Shown here piece after piece: positions 33,352-39,813 of a DNA stretch of 59,639 nt (position 1 is the first letter of the stretch; the number at the start of each line of letters is the position of its first letter). A program made the position numbers and the translations under genes. The notes under the pieces are model-generated. The model did no database searches. It worked only from the letters and a program-made list of their open reading frames with translations, and had not been told where the DNA came from. Source of the stretch: Candidatus Liptonbacteria bacterium (GTDB lineage: Bacteria; Patescibacteriota; Minisyncoccia; UBA6257; 2-01-FULL-56-20). The DNA lies in NCBI GenBank assembly GCA_016186635.1, contig JACPLI010000021.1, positions 1-59,639 of the forward strand, in the 5' to 3' direction.

Positions 33352-34743
33352 TCAGTCGACGTATGCGACATTCGGATGTATCAGCTCAATGGCATCGCGG
33401 AAGCGGATATCCTCAATGAATTTCAAGAATTTCTCTGGTTCCTTGAAATCCTTCACAAAGTTCGCGGCGACCTCCTTGCTGGTGCGGAGCGTGGAGAAGG
33501 AAACCGTGGCTGCCTTTTTCTCTAACGTTCCGCAGGGTTCCGCGCCGAAGACGGACGCATAACTCTCAAGCACGGCTGACCGTTGTTTGAGCCATGAGAG
33601 GGCGTGCCATCGTGCGTTCGGAAACTTCTCTGCGTTCACCGCGCGCACCGCATTCATGGTTGCTCCGGAGCAGATAACATCGTCAACGACGATGACGTTT
33701 GCGATGTCCGGGCATATCGCCGCGTCAATTTTTTCCACTTCCGCTCTTGGTGCGCTTCCCGGCGTCCAGTGGCGCTTCGCGTGGAGGTATATTCGCCGCC
33801 CGAGCCAATTTCCGTAGAACTCCTTATAGAGATTATCTTCCACCCGTGGAGTTCCGAGCAGTCGCCCTTTCCCATCTGCACAGAAGAGAAACTGGTCTAT
33901 GAGGCGGGCTCCCGCGCCGGGGAAGATAATCAATGAGGTGGATGAGTTGAACCTTGTCCATCCTCTCCAGTGCAGGAGGTGGAGCGTGAGCGATGTCGCA
34001 TCTGCCACGCGCAACCCCCAGTCCTCCGTTATGCATCGAAATTCCTCCACGTCAAAGCTACGAGCACTTTCATCAAGGAGAATCACCCTTTCTTTTTCCT
34101 TTGCCGCGTCGCCGCCTGCTTCAATTTTCTGGAGTATTTGCGAGAAGTTTGGCTGCCCTTTCACCTTTATCGTCCGCCACCCCATCTGCGCGGGAACCGC
34201 GACGTCGTCCTCGCTGTCGCCGACCATGAGGAAAGAGCGTGCCGGCACGCCGGGAAAAAGATCCATGACGTTTTTCCATGCGTGCGGTTGGGGTTTGATG
34301 ATGTGTGTCTCGCAGGAGAGCAGGGCATGGTGGAAGAAGGGAGATATTTTGAGTTTTTTGTCCACCCATCCCATCCATGTAGTGTTGGTGAGAAGCACAA
34401 GGAAGTATTCCTTCTCGCGCAGTTCGCGGAGCGCTGCCTGTGCCCCCCGAAACCACATCGCGCTTTTATTGTCTTCGCGCCATAACCGTTTCGCTTCCTC
34501 AATCTCATTGCTGTACTTTGCAGGGTTTTCTGTAAAGTCCTTGAAGAAATGGTCAAACATCTTTTTCACCATTTCGTCGTAGGTAACGTTTTCGCCTGTC
34601 ATGCAACGTCGTCGAACCCACGGATAAATTTCCTCGCGTTTCACGCCGAGCCGCACCAGTACCGACTCATACCCGCCTGTGTTCTTTGTAGTTCTGATGA
34701 GCGTGTTCCACAAATCAAAACAGATTACTTTCACTTCGTTCAT
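33352..34743 (-). CDS. HAD-hydrolase / phosphoribosyltransferase fusion protein
   Basis: N-terminal VICFDLWNTL, LTNTTW and MVGDSEDD HAD motifs. C-terminal VIVVDDVICSGATMNA PRPP-binding motif. Confidence 0.6.
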   Translation of the reverse strand: MNEVKVICFDLWNTLIRTTKNTGGYESVLVRLGVKREEIYPWVRRRCMTGENVTYDEMVKKMFDHFFKDFTENPAKYSNEIEEAKRLWREDNKSAMWFRGAQAALRELREKEYFLVLLTNTTWMGWVDKKLKISPFFHHALLSCETHIIKPQPHAWKNVMDLFPGVPARSFLMVGDSEDDVAVPAQMGWRTIKVKGQPNFSQILQKIEAGGDAAKEKERVILLDESARSFDVEEFRCITEDWGLRVADATSLTLHLLHWRGWTRFNSSTSLIIFPGAGARLIDQFLFCADGKGRLLGTPRVEDNLYKEFYGNWLGRRIYLHAKRHWTPGSAPRAEVEKIDAAICPDIANVIVVDDVICSGATMNAVRAVNAEKFPNARWHALSWLKQRSAVLESYASVFGAEPCGTLEKKAATVSFSTLRTSKEVAANFVKDFKEPEKFLKFIEDIRFRDAIELIHPNVAYVD

Positions 34744-34792
34744 AACTATTCGCCGCCTTTCGTTGTTGAGTTGTTAATTCTGCTGTTCTTTC

Positions 34793-34826
34793 CGGAAAAA
34801 GAAAAAATCCCTTCCAGAAAGGGATT
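34793..34826 (-). terminator. intrinsic terminator after the nucleoside phosphorylase gene
   Basis: Minus-strand aatccctt-tctgg-aagggatt followed by ttttttcttttt. Confidence 0.6.
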
Positions 34827-34857
34827 GAGGTATGCGTCGAATACAGCCAATCCCTTT

Positions 34858-35658
34858 CTATAAGGGGCTGGCGTGATGGCTCTGTTTTGCCAAGAGCGCA
34901 ATCGCGCGAAGCGCTACGGCAATCATGTCCTCAACCACGCGGGCGCTCACTTTTGGGTCTGACTCTGTGGTGACGCGTTGTTGCATGCCCCGCACGCGAG
35001 CGCGGAGCGGCTCGGGGTTCGCGTTCACCGCGAGAATCGCCCCCGCGCGTGCGCCCCAGAGGGACGCAACTATGAAGAGCGCGGCGGATTCCATCTCGGA
35101 GGAGAGGATTGGCGTCTCTTGCGTGTTCCATCTCTGGTCGCGGAGATATGCACCCCACTTCACTATTGAGGATTGGTTCCCGTAAAACGCGTCGTGCGTG
35201 CGGTTAATCCCAATAGCGTATTTCTTTTTCGATTCCTTCGCTGCTCCTTCGAGCGCATTAACGACAGCAAAGTCCGCTACGGCGGGGAAGCCCTCGGGGA
35301 TGTATTCCCGTGTGGTACCCTCGTCCCGGATTGAGGCGATGGGAATCACCAAGCTCCCCGCGGGAACATCCGCGCGCCATGCGCCGCCGCATGTTCCTAC
35401 ACGGATAAGGACTTTTGCGCCTGCGGCAATGAGTTCTTCCGCGGCAATGGCGGTTGAGGGGCACCCGATGCCCGTGGAGCACACCGTAACCGGTATTCCT
35501 CGGTACAATCCGTTGCCGGTCTTAAACTCCCGGTTGTTTCCTATGATGCGGAAGCTGGTGAGTGCGCGGCCAATCGTATCCACGCGCGCAGGGTCGCCTG
35601 GCAAAAGCACGTACGGTGCCACAAGAGAGGATTTTATTTTGAGGTGTGAGAGAAGCAT
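34858..35658 (-). CDS. PNP/UDP-family nucleoside phosphorylase
   Basis: LLPGDPARVD, CSTGIGCPSTAIAAEELI, RVGTCGG, SEMESAALF. Confidence 0.8.
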   Translation of the reverse strand: MLLSHLKIKSSLVAPYVLLPGDPARVDTIGRALTSFRIIGNNREFKTGNGLYRGIPVTVCSTGIGCPSTAIAAEELIAAGAKVLIRVGTCGGAWRADVPAGSLVIPIASIRDEGTTREYIPEGFPAVADFAVVNALEGAAKESKKKYAIGINRTHDAFYGNQSSIVKWGAYLRDQRWNTQETPILSSEMESAALFIVASLWGARAGAILAVNANPEPLRARVRGMQQRVTTESDPKVSARVVEDMIAVALRAIALLAKQSHHASPL

Positions 35659-35671
35659 GGCGGTAGTTATA

Positions 35672-35697
35672 GTTTACTTTAGTTAACTAAAGTAAAT
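35672..35697. promoter_or_regulatory. 26-bp palindrome gtttactttagt-ta-actaaagtaaat (operator copy 2) inside a putative promoter
   Basis: 14 nt upstream of the phosphorylase ATG. Minus-strand TTGCCA-N15-TAAAGT overlaps it. The core TAGTTAACTA matches the E. coli trp operator core. Confidence 0.55.
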
Positions 35698-35717
35698 GGC
35701 AAAAAAATAAATGGGTA

Positions 35718-36005
35718 CTATGAAGATTCTTTGAGTCTTGCGAGTATAGTGCGGTAGCCGCCTTCTTTGCCACGGAGCCACTTCGCCACGCGGGCGACGG
35801 TGGTGGAACTCAATCCGGTGGCTTTTTGCACGGTTGTGTAGGACTTTCCCGCAGCAAGCATCTCCGCGGCAGCAAGGCGATTGGCGAATTCCTCAATCTC
35901 GGATTTCGTGAGCAAATCGCGCAGAAAACGCGCCGCTTCATCCTCGGTTTTGAGCGCCAACATCGCCTGCAGGAGCCGCTGTTTTTCTGGTTTATTCCAA
36001 TCCAT
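35718..36005 (-). CDS. TrpR-related YerC/YecD-family DNA-binding protein
   Basis: FLRDLLTKSEIEEFANRLAAAEML..GKSYTTVQKATGLSSTTVARVAKWL. Confidence 0.75.
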   Translation of the reverse strand: MDWNKPEKQRLLQAMLALKTEDEAARFLRDLLTKSEIEEFANRLAAAEMLAAGKSYTTVQKATGLSSTTVARVAKWLRGKEGGYRTILARLKESS

Positions 36006-36008
36006 AGC

Positions 36009-36041
36009 GTTTACTTTAGTTTACTAAAGTACACTTGTCAA
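36009..36041 (-). promoter_or_regulatory. operator copy 3 overlapping a TTGACA-N17-TAAAGT promoter; likely leaderless
   Basis: Palindrome gtttactttagt-tt-actaaagtacac (36009-36034). -35 at 36036-36041 and -10 at 36013-36018 on the minus strand. ATG at 36003-36005. Confidence 0.55.
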
Positions 36042-36051
36042 CCCCCTTACT

Positions 36052-37104
36052 TCACCTTGGAAACTCCAGCGCCTTGATGGTTTCTCCTTCGCGGTAATAG
36101 AGCGTGTTCGCTTCGGCGTCATAGGCAACCTTGCTTGTCGGTACAACCTCGATGATGTTCTCAAGGTCCGCATCCTCAAAATCGAGGAATGCGGTTTTCG
36201 AGGGGTAGACGATGAAGAGATGCTCGCCGTCGCGGTACCAGATGAGCCGCAGGGCGCCGCCGATGCCGGGGATGTTCAGGCGGCGGTACCCGCTCTCGTC
36301 CTCAAGGTCGAATATCTCAAGCGAGCGGGGTTCGAGCGCGGCGATTCTCCTCCCGTCGGCATTCCACGCGAAGTGCGTCACGCCGTCCGCAATGGCGCGC
36401 GTCCCGCCCGACGCAGGATTGTGCACGAGGAGCGCGCCGTCGCGCGTAAGGACGCCGAGGACATCGTTCCGGTTCCATGCGAGCGCGGCTGCAGGGGAGT
36501 CAAGCGTGAGCGTGGAGGACGCGGCGTTCGAGGTGCTATTCCGCATGTCGAGGAAGAGAACGGTGCTCGATGCGCGGGCGTCGCGGGCGCGCGCTTGCCC
36601 GCCGCCGTTGCGCTCAGGCGTAAGCAGGCGGGCGCTCCAGCGGGTGGTGGTAGCGATGCGGAGAGGAGCAGGAGAGAAATCGAGAGGAGCGGTGTTTGGC
36701 GCATATGCCCCTGCGCTTGCGGCGTGTGGCACCAGCACCGCGTTCGAAACTTCGGAAACAAGCGAGGGTGCGACGGTGATGCGGCGCCGCCACGGAAGAA
36801 ATCCCTCTTTGTGGAGCGTGAGCGTATAGGTTCTCGGGAAAAGGTTGTTGATGAACGTGCCGCTTTGGAGGAACCACGCGGTATTGCGCACCGAGGCGCC
36901 GTCAAGCGCTATCGCGGCGTCCCGCGGGCGGCTCTGCACGAATATGCCGCCTACTTTCGCCGTGCGCCATGTGCCGAAGTCGAACCGCCACCCCTGGGCG
37001 TAGAGCACGGTACCTGTGCCGAGTATAAGAAAGGCAAGGCAGAAGGCGTAGAAAAGGTTGCGGCGGGTTCTGAGTTGCATCGCGATTATGGCACACTGTA
37101 CCAT
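36052..37104 (-). CDS. PEGA-domain membrane protein with a beta-propeller-like C-terminus
   Basis: TM segment, then IFVQSRPRDAAIALDG....YTLTLHKEGFLPWRRRITV (PEGA). Confidence 0.6.
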   Translation of the reverse strand: MVQCAIIAMQLRTRRNLFYAFCLAFLILGTGTVLYAQGWRFDFGTWRTAKVGGIFVQSRPRDAAIALDGASVRNTAWFLQSGTFINNLFPRTYTLTLHKEGFLPWRRRITVAPSLVSEVSNAVLVPHAASAGAYAPNTAPLDFSPAPLRIATTTRWSARLLTPERNGGGQARARDARASSTVLFLDMRNSTSNAASSTLTLDSPAAALAWNRNDVLGVLTRDGALLVHNPASGGTRAIADGVTHFAWNADGRRIAALEPRSLEIFDLEDESGYRRLNIPGIGGALRLIWYRDGEHLFIVYPSKTAFLDFEDADLENIIEVVPTSKVAYDAEANTLYYREGETIKALEFPR

Positions 37105-37346
37105 TCTGCACGGGAACGCGCCACCCTCTTAGAGCATGTCCGGAAACCCGCTTCGCGCCGGGAATGGGGTTCGCGGACACACTTCACGTTTGCGCTTCAT
37201 GTGCGATGGGGTATAGTGAAAATGTCCCGCTTTCGATGCTCGACCAAAGCAATTCGATAGGGAGGGGCGATTGCGATGGTGTCCGTGGACATCTATCTTA
37301 GCTCCACCACCTGGTGTAATGCCGGGCCATCGTCGGGCGGGACGCT

Positions 37347-37374
37347 AAAAATCTGAGCGCACGCTCAGATTTTT
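37347..37374. terminator. A-run / hairpin / T-run bidirectional terminator
   Basis: aaaaatctgagcg-ca-cgctcagattttt. Confidence 0.55.
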
Positions 37375-37482
37375 GTGTGACGCGAACCCTACGAATTTCC
37401 CGACGAATGCTGCGAATGAAATCCTATTCGTGGTATTCCTGCCTGCCGGTAGGCAGGCGTTCCGTGATTCGCAGTATTCGCA

Positions 37483-37803
37483 TTATAATTTGTTTATTTT
37501 TGCCGCCACAATAAAATCGTTTTCCGAAAGCCCGCCGATGGCGTGGGTGGTGAGGGAGAGCACCACTTTGTTCCACGAGACTGAAATGTCTGGATGGTGC
37601 CCCTCGGATTCGGCACGTTCCGCCACGCGGTTCACAAACTGCATCGCCTCGGCGAAGTCTTTGAAAACGAACGTGCGCGAAAGCTTTTTATTTTCGCTCA
37701 CCGTCCACTCCGGAACCTCCGCGTGATAGCGTTCCACCTGCCGCTCGTTTAAGGGCGGCACGCCGCCCTCGCAGGCGACGCAGCGTTTTTCGGAGAGATG
37801 CAT
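37483..37803 (-). CDS. pterin-4-alpha-carbinolamine dehydratase
   Basis: EGHHPDISVSWNKVVLSLTTHAIGGLSENDF. Confidence 0.85.
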   Translation of the reverse strand: MHLSEKRCVACEGGVPPLNERQVERYHAEVPEWTVSENKKLSRTFVFKDFAEAMQFVNRVAERAESEGHHPDISVSWNKVVLSLTTHAIGGLSENDFIVAAKINKL

Positions 37804-37930
37804 GGAATTAATGTAGCATGCGGGGTGCATGTACCACAACGCCTATTGCTCTGCGCTAGTGTCGCAGACATTGAGCGAGCGGAGCTTCGACGAACTCAGC
37901 TCATTTCTCCTTGTTCCGCGAGTCGAAATG

Positions 37931-38001
37931 TCGGGCCGCCGGGAATCGAACCCGGTCTAAACGCACCCCATGCGCTCGTACTACCGGTATACTACGGCCC
38001 G
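37931..38001 (-). tRNA. tRNA-Pro (anticodon GGG)
   Basis: Hand-folded: cgggccg/cggcccg acceptor, agcgc-atGGGgt-gcgtt anticodon arm, ccggg-ttcgatt-cccgg T arm. Confidence 0.85.
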
Positions 38002-38141
38002 CTTTGTCTCGCCGGAGCGAATAAGTTCGCGTAGGCGGACAAGCGTTTCGATTCTACCACTACTCACAGAAAAAAAGAAACCCCCTTTAGTGGGGAGGTT
38101 CTAGGTTATAGCTTGATTCACTTAAAGCTTATCGCTTATAG

Positions 38142-38327
38142 CTATTTCTGTTTTTTGTGGAGGGTTTTTAAACAACCCACGCAAATCTTGACGCGCTTTC
38201 CCTTAACCACTGCCCATTGGAGGTTGGGGTACTTCCGCGCGCGGGAAACGGGGTTATAGTGGCCGCGGAGAAGACGCCGCTTGCCGCGGATGACGGAACC
38301 CTTGCCGCATTGGGCGCATTGACGCAT
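38142..38327 (-). CDS. rpmB: ribosomal protein L28
   Basis: MRQCAQCGKGSVIRGKRRLLRGHYNPVSRARKYPNLQ. Confidence 0.85.
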   Translation of the reverse strand: MRQCAQCGKGSVIRGKRRLLRGHYNPVSRARKYPNLQWAVVKGKRVKICVGCLKTLHKKQK

Positions 38328-38337
38328 GGGAAAATAA

Positions 38338-38424
38338 GGACGATGACGGTAACAATGACCTATGACTTATACCCCATAATTGACGATCTCGCAAGGTCAT
38401 CGTCATAGTTATAGTCATAGTATA
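38338..38424. repeat. spacer hairpin of the gtcat/atgac family
   Basis: aggacgatgacggtaacaatgacctatgac ... gtcatcgtcatagttatagtcatagtata. Confidence 0.75.
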
Positions 38425-38426
38425 AG

Positions 38427-38897
38427 TTACTCCGCTTTGATTTTCAGCTTCTTCGATTTTCTGCGTACGAGTTTCGGCAAGCGGATGGAGAGAATGCCGT
38501 TCTTAAACGAAACTTCCGCGTCTTCAGGATTGATTTCCTGAGGGAGGATGACGGAGCGGGAGAAACGCCCCCAGTAGCACTCGCGGTAGAAGTAGTCTTC
38601 ATCTTTCACTTCCTTCTCGCGCTTCCGCGCGCCGCGGATGGTGACGGAGTCGTTCGTGACGTCAATGTCGAGGTCCTCCGGATTTACTCCTGCGATGGTG
38701 GATTCGATGACAATTTCGCTCGGGGTTTGGTATACGTCAATCGTGAGCTGCCCCTCCGGTTCGTCGTCTTGCGAGGCCCGCTCCTTCGCCGCTCGCGTGG
38801 CGACCGCCGCGCCGGCTTTTGTGAGTTCAACTTTGACCTCTGGCGCCGCGGCGACTTCGGCATCGGCGCCCTCCTCGATTTTGTTTTCGTCAGCCAT
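38427..38897 (-). CDS. Hsp20/alpha-crystallin small heat-shock protein
   Basis: GQLTIDVYQT...V.IRGARK...FSRSVILPQEI..E.A.VSFKNGILSIRLPK. Confidence 0.9.
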   Translation of the reverse strand: MADENKIEEGADAEVAAAPEVKVELTKAGAAVATRAAKERASQDDEPEGQLTIDVYQTPSEIVIESTIAGVNPEDLDIDVTNDSVTIRGARKREKEVKDEDYFYRECYWGRFSRSVILPQEINPEDAEVSFKNGILSIRLPKLVRRKSKKLKIKAE

Positions 38898-39008
38898 ATG
38901 GAGTATTCGCGAATAATGCGAATTTGGATTAAATAATGCGAATCCCTTTTTTCGTGTTCGTTTCCATTTGCGTTATTTGCCTGTAATTCGCGTTATTCGC
39001 GATTACTC
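38898..39008. repeat. spacer hairpin, attcgcgaataatgcgaat family
   Basis: ggagtattcgcgaataatgcgaat ... gcgttattcgcgattactcc. Related copies at 24855-24906 and 46170-46260. Confidence 0.8.
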
Positions 39009-39686
39009 CTATAGGGTTTTCTTATTCAACCTTTCAAAATCGTTGAGCACGAAGAACCCCACCGCAAGCACGAAGAGCACCGGATACGCAAAGCTGTCAT
39101 AGAGAAGTATAAGGTAGTTAAATACCATGTGCAAGAGTGTCGCAACGACTAGCCCCTCAATGACGAACCGCCGCGAATTGAAGTCGCGGATACTCACCGC
39201 CCAGAAGTAGCCGACGAGCGCGGAAGTAAGCGTGTGGAGAAGCGTGGCGCCCACGAAGCGGAGGGAAAGCGTCTCGAATATATCTCCGAGGAACGCAACA
39301 TTAGCGGGTGTTGCGCCGTAGAGCGCGCCGATGTTCTCCACTGTGGCGAATCCAAGCGCCGCGACCACCATGTAAATCATCGCATCCACCGGTTCGTCGA
39401 ATTCGGGGTTGTTGTGGATTGCCGCGTACGCCGCCGCAAACTTAACGCATTCTTCTATGGCGGCGAGGACGAGAAGCGCAACGAGAGAGAGCGGTTCAAT
39501 GCCGATTGCCGGCAGAAGCCCGTTGAATCCGAGCTGGAGCGCAAGCGCGAACATCGAGAATCCCGCTCCCGCGAGAAAGGTGAGGAAGAGGAGCCGTTTC
39601 GGCTCGGGGTGGAGGTCTTCCTTAAGGTAGAAGAGAAGCCAGGCGAAACCGGGGAGGAAACCCACGATGATGGCGAGAATACTCAT
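39009..39686 (-). CDS. prsW: PrsW-family intramembrane protease
   Basis: AAIEECVKFAA and GFATVENIGA motifs. Start moved to MSILAIIVGF because the first 11 listed codons lie inside repeat C. Confidence 0.75.
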   Translation of the reverse strand: MSILAIIVGFLPGFAWLLFYLKEDLHPEPKRLLFLTFLAGAGFSMFALALQLGFNGLLPAIGIEPLSLVALLVLAAIEECVKFAAAYAAIHNNPEFDEPVDAMIYMVVAALGFATVENIGALYGATPANVAFLGDIFETLSLRFVGATLLHTLTSALVGYFWAVSIRDFNSRRFVIEGLVVATLLHMVFNYLILLYDSFAYPVLFVLAVGFFVLNDFERLNKKTL

Positions 39687-39687
39687 A

Positions 39688-39788
39688 GAGTAATCGCTAA
39701 TATCGCGAATGAGGGGCAAACCTGCTTGCCGGCAGGCAGGTAACGCAAATGGTTCGATGCACTCACCACAAGTGGGATTCGCGTTATT
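39688..39788. repeat. 101-nt spacer element, copy C
   Basis: The reverse complement matches 45822-45923 with 3 mismatches. Contains the 20-nt palindrome cctgcttgccggcaggcagg (39721-39740). Confidence 0.9.
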
Positions 39789-39813
39789 GAATCCATATTA
39801 GCGTTATCCGCGA

